A DNA stretch of 64,000 nucleotides from Eledone cirrhosa (GCA_964016885.1 OZ024740.1:145886001-145950000), one strand, 5' to 3'. Shown: positions 28,700 through 43,197, counted from the first letter of the stretch. Program-made: numbers and translations. The notes: generated from the letters alone by a model not told the origin.

Positions 28700-29815
28700 A
28701 TGATGGAGTCGTAAGGGCGCCATGGTGATATACGACCGGTTTTGTCCAAAGAGAGAGAGAGTGAGAGAAAGAGATATACGGGAAGAATCGATGTCAGTAC
28801 TGAACTGGTATTTTTTAATCAACCTCGATAGGAGATCAGAGACAATAACAAAATCAATTATTGATCTATCCCCGATTTCCCTCATACTATGTGTATTCAT
28901 GGATGTCTTTGTGCTGGAAGAAGGCATTAACAATAGAGAACCCATTACTAGAACAGAAGTTTAATAAGGCCTCGCCATTCGTATTTACATCAGGATTGCT
29001 GTTCCTTCCAATCAATCCTTTCCATGTCAGGTAATCAGTGCAAACATGTGATTGATGTCTCCTATTTAGGATATATGACTCAGTCTTAACTACATCTAAT
29101 GCTGCAGTGACTTTGTCAAGGAAAGATCTGGACTCGGACTCTCAGTTTGGTGCATACACTTGCACCACCCACAGACCTTTCTTTCAGACTAAGCTTCAAG
29201 ATGCAAGTTCTACCTCCCAATGGGATCCAGTTCATAACATATTCTGACAGCTTGGTACGTGTGGATATCCCCACTCCCACCTGTGCAGTCATTTCTGGCA
29301 TCACACCTGAATTGTGGAGTTTCAATCCTTCGTCCAAATCTACAGTACCAGAGCTATGGAACTTTGTTGAGAAAACTCCGACTATATTTAACCAGTAGCA
29401 TATGGCCTCTTCCACTAGTTAGTTTGCGAATACAAGCAGCCGAATGGGGTTCCTTCACAAGGTCTTTGCAGTAATGTTACCTGATAGAATGAGTAGTTAG
29501 GAAAGCAGAGAGTCACTCCAGGTTCAGCTGCTACTTCTCTGAATTGAAAGATTACAGCTCCGATACTACAGACAGGGTTAGAATGTCTTAGGAAAGGATC
29601 GCTGGACAGATTTTATGGGCAAAACCAACCAACAGGAGACCCAGGGGAAGACCCCAAGCAAGATGGTTGGATAACATCCATGAGCTTGACTTGTCTCACT
29701 TGGGGATCCAGCCAGATCAATTGGAAACAATTGCTTCTGACAGGACCCACTGGAAGGTGTGCTTGAAGACTGCTCCCATGACCCTCCCAGGAATAAGTGT
29801 GCAAAGAAGAAGACC
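28700..29815. mobile_element. LINE relic: minus-strand AP-endonuclease fragments joined to a plus-strand 3' end
   Basis: RSIIDFVIVS and WIPLGGRTCILKL on the minus strand; 29430-29815 matches the LINE 3' end at 63520-63910. Confidence 0.65.
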
Positions 29816-29882
29816 TCAACATACCATAAAGCATTCTACCTGTTGTTCTAATAGCTCTGCCAATTTGCCACCTACATACATA

Positions 29883-30028
29883 CTGTACTTCCCAGCGCCA
29901 AGGGCACATCCTAATTTTGACAACCAAAAATTTGAAAAAAAATAATAACAACCTTCGGCCTCCAGGATGCATGGTAGATTTTTGAGACTTTAGGTGAAAA
30001 GTAGCATCTTTGATGCCGGGAAATACGG
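29883..30028. mobile_element. Pogo/Tigger-like MITE
   Basis: Imperfect TIRs CTGTACTTCCCAGCGCCAAG and CTTTGATGCCGGGAAATACGG with TA flanks. Confidence 0.65.
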
Positions 30029-31045
30029 TACATGTGTGTGTATATGTATCTATAAATGTATGCATGCATGTTTTTCTATGTATATTTTACGCAGGTATTC
30101 CTGCAATAACAGAAACGTTGCATTCTTGAGAACCCTGCCATGACATAAAACCCATTTCTCGTTAATTTTCATATTATAAATTGAGTTGAGTTCCAATAGA
30201 ATTATTGAAAGAAAAGAATACAACCACATTTATGCATAAAAATAAAAAAAAATTAAGCACACACAATACAGTGTGTATTGATAAAATACATGTGAAGAGA
30301 ATAGAGTTGAATGGACCCAAGATCAGATTTAGACCTTGGGGAACCCAGGGCTGTTCAAATAACAAGACACACATATATATATTATATCATCACCATCACC
30401 ATTTAATGTCTATTTGCCACACTAGCATGGGTTAGACGAGTTGTCGCATTTGAGACAAATCAAGTCAAGTGACCGTGTCATGCTCATACAAAACTGTTTT
30501 TGGCTTGGTTTCTACAGCTGGACGCCCTTCCTAACGCCAACCACATTTGAAGTGTGGATTGGGTGCTTTTTATCGTGGCACCAAAACAACCACTTTACAG
30601 TGTGGGCTGGGTGTTTTTTGTTGTGACACCAACACCACCACTTTACTATGGGCGTTTTTTTTTGTTGCTGCACCAAAACAATCACTTGACAGTGTGGGGG
30701 GGGGGGGTAAGGACATGGATGAAGGGTAGGGTGTTAGGATGTGAGTGGAGTGTTAGGGTATGGGAGGATAGGAGAAAGTGGTGCATACTAGATGTATGCT
30801 TCAACCCGTGTACATGTATGTATATAAAGAGAGACACATAAGGAGGGAGAGAGAGACAATAGAGAAGAAAAGATTTGAATTTCTTCAAATACATCAGTCT
30901 ACTACCAGGTAATGAGGTTATATAATGGAGGTAGCAAAGGAATGCTCATCGTGTACATACACACACACAAGCATATAACCACACATACACACTCATAGAT
31001 ATATATACATATCAAGCACCACCATTGATAAGCTATATATATATA

Positions 31046-31144
31046 CAGGGTGTCCCCAAAACTGTATACACACTTCAACAGCATTCTAATAAATATTGCC
31101 TGTAGAGGTGATCAAAGTGTGTATACATTTTTTGGGACACCCTG
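31046..31144. mobile_element. Tc1/mariner-type MITE (99 bp)
   Basis: TIRs CAGGGTGTCCCCAAAACTGTATACACACTT and AAGTGTGTATACATTTTTTGGGACACCCTG; TA flanks. Confidence 0.85.
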
Positions 31145-32643
31145 TATATACATATACATACACATATACATATACACCGTATACAGCAGCTCCCTCTACT
31201 TTCACCAACTGGTATCACTAAATAAAGTAAAAAAATTTTGATAAATTGGCACCAAAGCAACATCAATTACATCTTAAAAACATACTCTCTGATAGATAAA
31301 ATTATGTTTATGATCAGTGTCCCGTTTTTAAAAGATAACAGGAGTGGGAACTCTGTTTGGTGTAGGCTTAAACTTTATATGACATACACAATGTAAATCC
31401 TGGGTACACAAGAGATGTAGGAGGATAACAGGTAGATAAACATCTTTAATCTCTACAATCGTTTATATGTATATAATCATTTTTACATCTATTTTCCATG
31501 TTCTCTTGGATTTTACAGGTCTAATTCTGGGCTTATACAGGGAGTGTCCATCTTTCTCAGGGTTTGTCTATAGCTGATTTCTTTTAGAAAGAGAGAGATG
31601 AAGAATAGACTCCAGTACTGTACTGGTACTTTATTTATTAATCCTGAAAAGCAAAATTGGACCTGGTGGGATTTGAACACAGAAGGCAGAGTGTGAGAAT
31701 GAATACTGCAAAGCATTCCCTCCAATGCTTTTGTGGCTCTGTCAATTTGCCACCTCTTATATATGTGACTGAATACCATCTTTAACCATTCATAGAGACA
31801 CTGCTAATGAAATCCCAACACAGAATTTAAACTGTTCTAGCTGATTCCTATTTTTCTGTCTATAAATATATTGTATGTAAAAACAAAGAATTTATATCTG
31901 TCTGTATATACAGTGTTAGTTAAAAATATATAGATATATCATATAGTAGAGAATAGCATTAAAGCAAAGCCCTGTTATCATACCACCAATTTATCAAAAG
32001 AAAGTAAAGTGTGTATTTATGTATTTTTCAATGTCTTTGCAGATTACTGAAAAAGTATGTTGTAAAATCACAATTCACAAAATGAAGACAAAACGGTATT
32101 TGGAAAATTATCAATATCGTAGATTTTGTACAATTGGTAAATATCTTAAAGCGTCATTAGAATTTGGGAGTAGTTTTTCTCTCCATCACATTTATTTAAT
32201 GTACAGTTTCCGAAATATTCAGTAGTGAAATAATCTCTATAATAATGATTGTACTGGATTTTTGTCTGTCTGTCACACAAACGCTATGATCTTACTAAAT
32301 GTGTAAGGGGGACAAGCGTTCTAAAACACTCTATGCCAATAGTGTTGTCTATTTATCTAGCTATCAAGTTTTAGTAGCATGGGCGGATGGATGCACGGTG
32401 ACACTTCATAGAGTGTGTGGTGGGGGGAAGGATTTAGGAGAGGTTGGGATTAAGGGTGTACAGGAAAGCTGAGAATAGCTACTACAAGGGGGCTTGGAGG
32501 AATGAATGTGGGGGCAAGAGGTGTTATAGAGTGATGATGATGAAAACAATTATACTAATTTACTAACTTTCTCTTTAATTCAATATTTTTGTTGGATTTT
32601 TCAGTCATTTCAGGAAGGATGACATGTAAATCTGCTGAGTAAA

Positions 32644-32841
32644 ATGGAGCAGTGTCAGTTGACCACAAACTTACTTAATGCAGCAGCAGCTGCTGGCTGT
32701 GATGTTGTTGATGCTGCTCAACAGCAACAGATCCAGCTTCTTGCAAATCAATCTCTTTTATCCGCCCAACCTCAACAGCTAACTTTTGTTCAAAATGTTC
32801 CTAGTGGTGCCGTCCAGCTTCAACAAGCCATGCAACCTCAG
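32644..32841 (+). CDS. NFYA: NF-YA coding exon 1 (Q-rich activation domain)
   Basis: AAAATGG start; MEQ...AMQPQ; donor CAG|GTCAGT; acceptor TTTCAG upstream at 32604 or 32613. Confidence 0.85.
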
Positions 32842-32919
32842 GTCAGTTTACTCATAAAATTTTATAATTTATCATTAATTGTCCCTACCATCATTAATTG
32901 TCTCTACCATCATTATATA

Positions 32920-32953
<34 letters not shown>

Positions 32954-33304
32954 CCATACATGGCAGTAAGAAACATTTATTCAAGTATTCTGCTAATTTA
33001 CGAAGCAAACTACACCTCTAGATTTTTTTCTTTGCACATATTAGGTCTTTCTGTTGTGATAAATGATGAATTACATCTTTTTACTCTATCTACAAACTTA
33101 TAGCTGTAACTCCATTGAACATTTGTCGCTATCATGTCTTTCTATTTATAATTGTAATATTAGCTCATAATTTTTTTTTTATATTTATATCTCCATCCAC
33201 AGATTTATATATATCTCAGTTTCAAATCCCGTATAAGGAAGAAAGCAAAAATTGTTTGTTTAAACTTTTAATCTGTGCTAATAATAAATGTATATATACA
33301 TATT

Positions 33305-34600
33305 AGCGCAACTAATTAGAGAAAGGGTCAAACTAGATGAGATGCAGTTTGGTTTTGTGCCTGGGAAAAGTACGACAGGTGCCCTCTTCTTAGTGAGATA
33401 ACTACAAGAGAGGTTCTTAGAGAAGAATAAACCACTATATTTAGCTTTTGTTGATCTAGAGAAGGCCTTTGATAGGGTACCCTGATCTGTCAGCTGGTGG
33501 TCCCTAAGGAAACTAGGTGTAGAGGAATGGCTTGTGAAGACAGTGCTGTCAGTAAAGTGAGGGTAGGAATGGAGTTTAGTGAAGAATTCCAGATACAAGT
33601 AGGAGTACATCAGGGTTCGGTCCTCAGCCCGCTCTTGTTCATTATAGTCCTCCATGCCATAACAGAGGAGTTTAAGACTGGCTGCCCATGGGAACTTCTC
33701 TATGCTGACGATCAGGTTCTTATAGCAGAATCAGTAGAGGAGCTAGAGAATAAATTCTGGCTGTGGAAACAGCAGTTGGAATTAAGAGGACTGAGAGTGA
33801 ACCTAGCTAAGGCAAAAGTGTTGATAAGTAGAAAAGAGGACAAAACTCTGATTCCACCAGGGAAATAGCCATGTTCGATATGTAGGAAAGGAGCTGGCAT
33901 AAATTCTATAAAATGTACACAATGCAGATCTTGAGTACACAAAAGATGTAGTGGGATAGCTGGCAAACTAACAGGTAGGGAAAACTACGTATGCAGTAGA
34001 TGCACAGGGAAATTTGACAGTAGAATTCGCAGTGATAGACACATTTTTCAAATGCAGGTGGGTGATCAGATTAGCATGGGAGGGGATTGTTCCAAGGCCA
34101 TAGTATCTAGAATAAGGGTGGGTTGGAAGAAAGTTTAGAGAGCTGCTTCCTCTGCTGACAAAGAAGGGTTTCTCCCTGCATATGAAAGGTCGGTTGTATG
34201 ATTCCTGTGTGAGATGCGCGATGCTGCATGGTAGTGAGACATGGGTAGCAACTGCAGAGGATATGCGATGGCTGGAGAGAAATGAAGCAAGCATGCTCCG
34301 TTGGATGAGTTGAGAGAGAAACTGTATAAGAGGGATAAGTTGTAGTGTGCGGGAGAGAAGACTACGATGGTATGGACATATGATGCGCATGGAGGATGAC
34401 CGCTGGGTAAAGAAGTGCCAAGTAATGCCTGTAGAGGAAGACCATGAAAAACATGGGTGGAGGTGGTGAGAGAGCGGACCTCACATCGCTTCAGCGATGT
34501 GAGGAGATGACGAAGGACCATGACAAGTGGAGAGATGCTGTGCTGAATAGAACCCGTCCCACCCTTACAAGCAGGGAAAAGTGGACGTAAAATGATGATG
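33305..34600 (+). mobile_element. RTE-type LINE fragment in an NF-YA intron
   Basis: Same family as 15005-16890; GVHQGSVLSPLLF and ELLYADD; (GAT)n tail near 34592. Confidence 0.9.
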
Positions 34601-35278
34601 ATATATATATATATATATTATATATGTGTGTGCGTGTTTGTATTAATGAAAGTGTATGCCTCTCACTTCAAAACGTCTTATCAATACCTTTTATAAAATG
34701 TCAGCAGTGACATTATTATGTCCCCATAAACAATGCATCCTGCAGTATAACAGTTCAACAAATGCTAGTAGTATACACCATACTTAGAAATAAGGTATTG
34801 GTTGGCATCAAGCCATAGCGAACCTGCCTCAAAAAGTCTCTTCCCAACCCATGCAAACATGAAAAATGGATATTAAAAAATCCTCTGTTTAAAGCCCATT
34901 TTGGATTTTTTTTTTTATCACATTTCAAATATTGCTTATCTTTATATAAGATCAGTGATGTTTACCATCCCACCTTGCTATAAATATGTACTATGGGAAA
35001 ATACACTTCACTGCTATAAGCAGTAGAACACTGTATGATTGATAAGTATTTTATTAGCTTTCAGTGCTCAATTCGTATATTGATTAGTGATAGATGGTTC
35101 CTTTTAATCTAAGCCCTGGATATATGAAAATAGTGCTTAGTTTACCTTAAATTTATTACTTTTACTCATTGATTGTAAATGCAATGTAACAATATATTTT
35201 GTATCATAGTTGTCATTTTAAATGAAACTATATGCTCTTCTTAAATTTCTTTTTTCTTATATATCACTTTTTATTCAG

Positions 35279-35434
35279 ATGATTCAGATAAATCAGGGTG
35301 CATTAGTAAATGCCCCTAATCAACAACTTATGTTTCAAGCTCTACCTCAAGCAGCCAACACACAAACAATCCCCGTACAAACTGTACAAGGAGGTCAACA
35401 CCCAGCAATTGCTTCAGCACAAGCATTGCAGGCA
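35279..35434 (+). CDS. NFYA: NF-YA coding exon 2
   Basis: TTCAG|ATG...GCA|GTGAGT; 156 nt; Q-rich; phase 0-0. Confidence 0.85.
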
Positions 35435-36079
35435 GTGAGTAAACATTTCATAATTTTTGTTAACCCTTTTGATACCAAACTGCCTGAAACTGACCCTTGT
35501 TCTACAATACAAGACTGTTTATTTAAAAGTTTTTTATATTTATCTAGACATCTTCCATTATAATTTTATTTAAAAACATTTGTTTTGCTAAGTAATGAGA
35601 AAGTTACCTATATTACTAAATATCTCAAAATTTCTGAATATTTTCAAAATTGTTTAACAAAAGGCTTATCGTCACACCATTTGTGCAGTATCAAAAATAT
35701 ATTTATCGACTAATAGTCAAAGTAACCAAACTTCAACTTGTATAGTTGATATATTTAGTTGATTATATTGCATCTATATTGTAATATGCAAAATGACATG
35801 TTAATGTTGTTTGCTAAGAAAGGCAGTAGTTGAAAATTGAGGTGTTATAGTGATCAGTGGGAGGTAAGTTTGATTTAGATATAAAGAATAAGAATAGCAA
35901 CCAATCACTGTTTTCAGCATATGAGCAAATGTATCAAACGTTTTTCAGCTTTTTATGTAATATAGGTTCTGTAGCAATGAAAATACTGTTTTTCATAAGA
36001 TCACCTTAGCTAGATATTATGAAGCTGGTGAATTAAATGAACAATTGTTAGAGAAATCTAGTTACTAACAACATATGAT

Positions 36080-37230
36080 CTTTTTAACTGGTTGAAATCC
36101 TTCATTCTCAGCCGAAAAGAGGTAGTCACGGTTCTAGGACAGCATTCTTCACCATATGAGATGTCATCTGGTGTACCACAGGGATCTGTTCTTGGTCCCC
36201 TTTTGTTTGTGGCATATATTAATGACATAGATGCCAACTTAAAGAATGCCACGGTACTGAAATATGCAGATGACATCAAGCTGTACCTTGAAATCAAAAG
36301 GACTGATCCTGAAATCTACAACTCTTTCCTACAATCAGACCTGGACACAATGCAGCAATGGATCACAGACTGGCAACTGAAGCTGGCTGCGGACAAGTGT
36401 ACCAACGTGCATTTTGGGAGGAAAAATCCAGCGTCAACATACTCCCTCCACAACACTGATATCAAGAAGTCTTCTTGTGAACGTGACCTGGGCATTACTG
36501 TCAGCAGCGATTTGCGTTGGACAAAGCATGTCTCTAAGATTGTCAAGAAGGCCGAGGGTGTATTGGCATCACTCAGCAAGACCTTTGTTAGCCGCTCTCC
36601 AGCCATCTATTTAAAGCTGTATACAGCTATGGTACAACCACACTTGGAATTCGCATCATCAGTCTGGAACCCCTATCTTGCTCAGAACATTGACTGCCTG
36701 GAAACTATTCAGAGACGTGCAACCAAGCGAATACCCTCCATCAGACATCTACCATACTCTGAACGCCTTGTTTCCCTGGGCATGGATTCATTGAAGCTCC
36801 GACGTCTGGCAATGGACTTGGTAAACACCCACAAAGTTATTAACCATCTCGCCAACAACAACCCTGAGCACCTTTTCGATCTCCATGGGTCTAACACACG
36901 TGGACATGCATACAAAATCAGAAAACAGCACAGCTCCCATGATTTTCGGAAACATTTTTTCACGCTTAGAGTTGCTGAAGCATGGAACAAACTGCTTGCA
37001 TCAGTTGTTAGCTGCCAAGACACTGCATCCTTTAAAACCCTCATGCTTCCCGAAATTCGTCAAAACTACACCTGATGTACCCCTTCCATACACATGCACA
37101 CATGTGTATATCATGACTCATGTACTGTTCATTTTCCTGGCGTTTGTACATTACCCTATGTACTATACATACACTTTTTGATGAGTTGTTGTGCACCTGA
37201 ACACTGTACACAATATTTTCATTATCATAC
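36080..37230 (+). mobile_element. CR1/L2-group LINE, 5'-truncated, with open RT C-terminal frame
   Basis: ORF 36092-37075 has GVPQGSVLGPLLF, KYADD, ERDLG, VWNPY and TRGHAYK; short 3' UTR follows. Confidence 0.92.
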
Positions 37231-37717
37231 TGTAAAAAAATTGTAAAACACAAATTGAAACAATAATATAAATTCTTACACTTTGCATAAAATACTGATG
37301 TTATATTAACTAAACTATGTAAATTTTCTAATGAGAATATTGAAGGTTTTTAATCTTTAAGATGATTAATTGAAAAGAATAGTTGTCATAAAGTATTAAA
37401 TAAACTATTTTCTTATGTTAACTTCTACTCAAGGGTGGTAGATCTTATAAATAATTCTCATATAGTCAATATCTTTTATCCATTCATTTCTGACACTTTA
37501 AAAATCTGATAAAGGAAATAGTCTATTCCTAAAAAGAAGCAAGTCAGTTGACAACACGGACATATATCTCTCTCTGTGTAGTAGCCATTATAAATACTAC
37601 TATCTTTAGAACATTAATGCATAAAAAAACATTGTGATTATAAACAAAGAGACTATTTGTAAAAGGTTGTTTAAGAAATCTTTAAAATGTATAAATGTTT
37701 GTTTGATTTTTCTACAG

Positions 37718-37774
37718 ATTGATATGTTTTCCACTGGTCAACAATTTACCAACCAATCATTACAACCACAGCAG
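37718..37774 (+). CDS. NFYA: NF-YA coding exon 3 (57 nt, symmetric)
   Basis: CTACAG|ATT...CAG|GTAAAC; IDMFSTGQQFTNQSLQPQQ. Confidence 0.7.
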
Positions 37775-39855
37775 GTAAACAGTAGTAATTATAATTCAAA
37801 TGTTTCTATTGGTTGGTCTGGAACACTAATTTAAATTCAGAAAGTGTTGACCAATTCAATTATTTTTATTTTGCAGTTGAACATTATCTTAAAGAGGAGT
37901 GCTTGCCTCAGTCATTGTTGGAATGAATATTTCAACATGGCTCCTTGCTATCTTGTGGGCTAACACTTTCTCTATTTTGTCCACTGGAACCACAAGACAG
38001 CTGGCACCTGGGGTTCTGATCTCTGAGTGCAAATCCTATTGAGGTGTCAACTTTACCTTTAGGAGTCAATGAAAAAGTATTTGCTCAGGGTAGTGTATTA
38101 GCAGAATTGTTAGAGCATCTGTTCCCTCTCTCTCTCCAGTTTAAATCCCATCTTAGAGTAACATGATAGGAATCACTAAAACACCCCAAAACCTCCTATA
38201 AGATGCAGCCTCATAGGGAGCTAGCTGAACCTGTGTAACTGACAACCATGACAACACATAAATATTAATTGCTGACCTACTATTTGACAAGGATAAGGCA
38301 ACATCAATAATAACATAGGACAACATAGCTGATTAGATTATGTTGAAGTAAAAAAGAATGTTCATAACATTTAGAAATTATTACAGAAATATTACTGATT
38401 ATTGATTACGTGAATGATGTTATTACTTGTTATACAAGATACAACAGAATTAATTTACCTTCTTTACTAGAAACAACCTTTTCATGCTATTTCTGTACTG
38501 TTTTATGTTTATCAATGTAAACATGATTCTCGCCTTCTCCCGTATTTGATCATCTGTGGTCATGTCATTCAGTAAGCCATGGTTTTGATATTGTTATATC
38601 CTTTGGTTGAATTCTTCTTGATCATCTACTGATATTACTATTGCTTTTACATTTATTTTTCCATGCTTGCATGGGTTGGACAAGATACTTTCCTGGCATG
38701 TTTACAACAGCCAGATGCCTTTTCATATCTCTACAGTCTTTTCTGCCAACACTGTCATGCTATACTCTAATGTAGTAATCTTTATAATCGGTATTTATTA
38801 AACTAAATAACTCTTTCTAATATTTACCTAAGGCCAGCAATTTAGAGGAAGGGGAAAGTCGATTATATTGACCCCAGTAATGAACTGGTACTTTATTTTA
38901 TCAACCCTGGAAGGATGAAAGGCAAAGTTGACCTTGGTGGGTTTTGAACTCAGCACATAAGAAGTCGGAACAATTACTGCAAAGCATTTTATCTGACATT
39001 CTAATGATTCTGCCAATCCACCACTCTATTAAACCAAATAATGATATCAGTTTCTAAACTACAGATTTTATTAGGTTCTCAGTGTTTATATACATTCTCT
39101 GGCACCCTCCATATGCATAGGGCTCTTGTGAACTCATACCATATATCTTGAGCCATTTCTTCCCTGTCTATCCCATTTTATTCAACTTCTCTCATCAACA
39201 TTCTTAGCCATGTTTTTTTCAGTTTACCAAGGCTTCTCCTTCCTGCAGGTCATCAATTGAAAATTTACTTTTAAAAACTTCCTTCTCTTCTAAATTAATA
39301 GCCCATTTCCATCTTGAAATTTCATCAAAAATATTTAATTTCTCTTGCCTAACCCTTTTTTTATGGAAGCATTAGTTATGTGATGTTGCTAACTAATCCC
39401 CCATATTCTCTTCAAAGCTTTATTTTCAAAAGTCAGAAATTTTACATTGTGCTTTTTGAAAATGAATATCTATAGGTTAAAATGGTTCATACAAGAGTAA
39501 CAAGGTTTTATTTTTGTATGTGCTGATATTTTATTTGAAATGCATACATATGTAATAGAAATCATTGCTTGTTCTTTAGCCTCTCTTGAAATAACATATC
39601 TTACAGTTGTTTAAGCAAGGCTGAGCAATGAACATTGAGAAACATCCTGAGATGTAATCTCATAGAAAGCTGGCTAAACCTCTGATGTGAGCTGTAACAA
39701 CATATCATGTATCTCCTGTCATTCAAAGACTGATCCATCATTTACATTTATTCAAGAAAAATTTGCTATCAATATATATCGATTATTTGGGGATTTTATA
39801 TATGAATTGTTTGTGCATATTTAGATTATATTCAAACATTGTTTTCATTTCATAG

Positions 39856-40012
39856 TTTGTGATTCAACCTGCTCCTAATCAACCATTCATCTCTACTGGA
39901 CAACTTTCTGGCGGCCAGCTCATTCAGACTCAAGATGGTCAACTAATCCTTTGCCAGCCCATTTTTAATGATTTGATAAAACGTTTACAAACTCAACAAC
40001 AGCAGAGTCCAG
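39856..40012 (+). CDS. NFYA: NF-YA coding exon 4
   Basis: CATAG|TTT...G|GTGAGC; GQLIQTQDGQLIL motif typical of NF-YA; phase 0-1. Confidence 0.88.
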
Positions 40013-40387
40013 GTGAGCAATATGTGCTGAAGTATATTTTCCTTATTATTCTAAAATCTTACATAGCTGGCTAGTTTGTTATGATGTTGATTTTCTGACT
40101 AACGAGCTAATGACTTTTGTCTCATTACTAGTGTTGCTTTTTATCTCTAGCAAGGGCACTTAACTCATAATTTCTCACTGTCTACAGAAACTATAGAATG
40201 AATGAGTTTAATGGTGTCAACAAAAGCAAAATAATTGACATATATTATGTTTAAATGCTTCCATGGGTTGATGAAAACAATAAAAAAACTTCTGGATGAA
40301 TTTATCGATTATCTATTAATTATTATGTGACTTCAATACGTATTTGAAATTGTTAATCTAAGTTTGTGCTTTCTCTCAATTTTTCAG

Positions 40388-40635
40388 GTATTGTCCAGTT
40401 AAATAATGGATTAAATTTGGCCTGTCCCAGTCCAGCTCCAACTGTACAACCTGTGACAGCATTACAGACAGTTGATCAACTGGCAACAGCTATTGCATCT
40501 TCCATGACATCAGACTCGGTTGTCAGTACTGTTAATAACCATTCTCCGCCTATAACATCACCCATGCCACCAGACTGCTCATCTCCTGATATTTCTTCAT
40601 TATCTGCCGTTCCTAATGTAAATAATATAGTTATG
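40388..40635 (+). CDS. NFYA: NF-YA coding exon 5
   Basis: TTTCAG|GT...ATG|GTAAAA; phase 1-0, matching the neighbouring exons. Confidence 0.85.
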
Positions 40636-42152
40636 GTAAAACATATTCTATTCTTTAATGAACAGTCTAAGTCTCTATCAATCTTTGTTGGAAGAGTAAT
40701 CTTTAACAGTTGTTGTTTAATTGTCTAACATATAAAACTGAGTTAGAAATTGTGATAATTATTTAAATTTCTAGTTTTAATATCTGACAGACTATTTGCA
40801 CAATATCATTGAATTTTGGAATTTTTATTATTTGTCAAAAATACAGTGTCTAAGTTGTTAAGGATTTCGTCTCTTGTCCTTACTCAAATTAACTATTAAA
40901 TTCTGCTTTATTATATACAGATCCCTAGAATTAGTTCCTTACAATTACGTATCTCCTCCCATATTGCTGATCATTTCACCAGTGTCACCAAAAGCATTAT
41001 TTACTGTATAAAATTCTTGGTTTCATGATCTGCTGTCATCATCATTTAACGTCCGTCTTCTCTCCTAGCAAGGGTTGCATAGGTCTTCACAGACCAGGTC
41101 AGTATTCAGGCTGCTGACCTCAAATGGGGTGGGGGGCTACAATTCGCTTGTTTCTACACTCTACCACGTGCATTTCATCATGGCACCAGGGTGTCATGTC
41201 TTTGACAGTTTTCCCATTCTTTTGTTTGGCAAGCTTTCTACAGTTGGATGCTCTTATTATCTCCAGCCACTTTACAAAATATACTGGATGTGTTTATCAT
41301 GTAGATCACCAACAGTAGAGAGGTTGTCCTGTCTATGACACATCTGTCAATCTCCATCCAAATTGGATGGGGATTGACAGATTTATTTCGAGTGTACTTT
41401 TTAGATGACTGACATAACAACACCAGACCACTCTGTCTTGTTGCTTGTAACTTCAATTCATCTGACCTACATGCATGTTGCTGCTTGAGCTGTTGTTTTA
41501 TTCCATGGATCTTCCATTTTTCTCTTACACTGTGAATAATAGTTAATATTCATTTTATCCCAGCTCATCCAACTGGAATTAATAATCAGCTAGTTTTCCT
41601 CTAGTAACACTGCTTCCTATCTAACACATACATACATTGATGAGATCCTTCTGTGCACTTCATAATCTCTTCTCCACATACACACGTACATGCTATTATC
41701 CCTTATTTATTCCATAGGTGTTGGCTTATATTAGTTTCTTATGCTTAAGGAAATAAAGCTCAAAAACTGGAAATCTGGGGTTTATATATATATATATATA
41801 TATATAACCTTAACCCATGCTAGCGTGGAAGATAGATGTTAACGATGATGATGATGATGATGATGATATATATATAAATATAAAAATATTAGATTTTATA
41901 GAACAATGAAGGTAAAATGACAGCTCATTGATTTAATTTTGCTTAAGAATTTTATTATTAATGGATACAATTTTTTCTATCAGTCTTGGTTAACTTAGCT
42001 GTTAGGAATAGTTACTAGATCTTCTGCAAGCAACTGATATTCCTTTCCAGAGAATGATTAATCTCACGTCGACTTAATATTTTGAAACCAATGTCTGACA
42101 TTTACCTTAGCTTTGCCTATTTCACTAGTTACATTTTTTACTGTTGTTGTAG

Positions 42153-42362
42153 ATGGTACCTGCTGAAAGCTCCAATTCTACAAACTCCAATAATGGGTCT
42201 ATTGCTAGTGGAACAACTATTCAAAGAATACCTATTCCTGGTTCAGATCTTATGGAAGAAGAACCTTTGTATGTTAATGCTAAACAATATCATCGAATAC
42301 TAAAACGGCGCCAGGCTCGAGCAAAACTTGAAGCTGAAGGAAAATTAAGAAAAGAAAGAAAA
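42153..42362 (+). CDS. NFYA: NF-YA coding exon 6 (subunit-interaction helix A1)
   Basis: IQRIPIPGSDLMEEEPLYVNAKQYHRILKRRQARAKLEAEGK is the CBF-B/NF-YA signature; AG and GTAAGT junctions. Confidence 0.97.
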
Positions 42363-43197
42363 GTAAGTAAATAAAGAGAATTGGTTTGTTCTTTAGTTTT
42401 TTTTTTTTTGTACAACTGCACCCTTCTTGGTTTTAGACAACTATATCCATGGCATAAAGATAGAAAATATGAAAACGTTTTGTTAACTAGCAGACATGTT
42501 GAATGGAGGACAGGAATCAGACACGGGGTTGGTAGCTAGAGTGAGACATACACGGAAGAAGTTCTGGGAACTGAGCGGTGTGCTAATGAGGAGGGGACTT
42601 GGTGACAGGGATGCAGAAGATAAAGTAAAATGGAGAATCTTGTCATAGGGCACACATGGCTAACCCCTATTTCAGCAAGAAAAATGGCCTCAAAACATTT
42701 ATTGTTTATCCATAACAGAAAAATGGAAACAACTATTATTTGCTGTTATGCTATAAGTCTTGGTTGTCTTCATCATCATCATTATTTTTATGTCTGTTTT
42801 TCTAAGCTGTCACAGACACCCTCACAACTCTCCCTCCTTTGATCCAGTGGAACATCCAGGATGTGACAACTGGAAAGAAAGAGGGTTACACTAGCACTGG
42901 GCTGGTACTTTCTTTATCGACTCCAAAAGGATGAAATACAAAGAAGACCTTGGCAGAATTTGAACTCAGAACAAATATCCAAAGCTCTAACTACTCTGTC
43001 AAATCAACCGCCTTGTATTAATACATCCAGATAGATATTTTTAATGGATTTTCATCTTTACAATTTCTCAGCAGTTAGTCTTTGTCTATTAATTTATTTT
43101 CCCAAAAATTTAATTCACTTCAATAATCAAACTTAATAAGATGGTTTGTAATTAAACCTTTGAGACATTTTATGCAATTGTCATGTTTTTATGTCAG

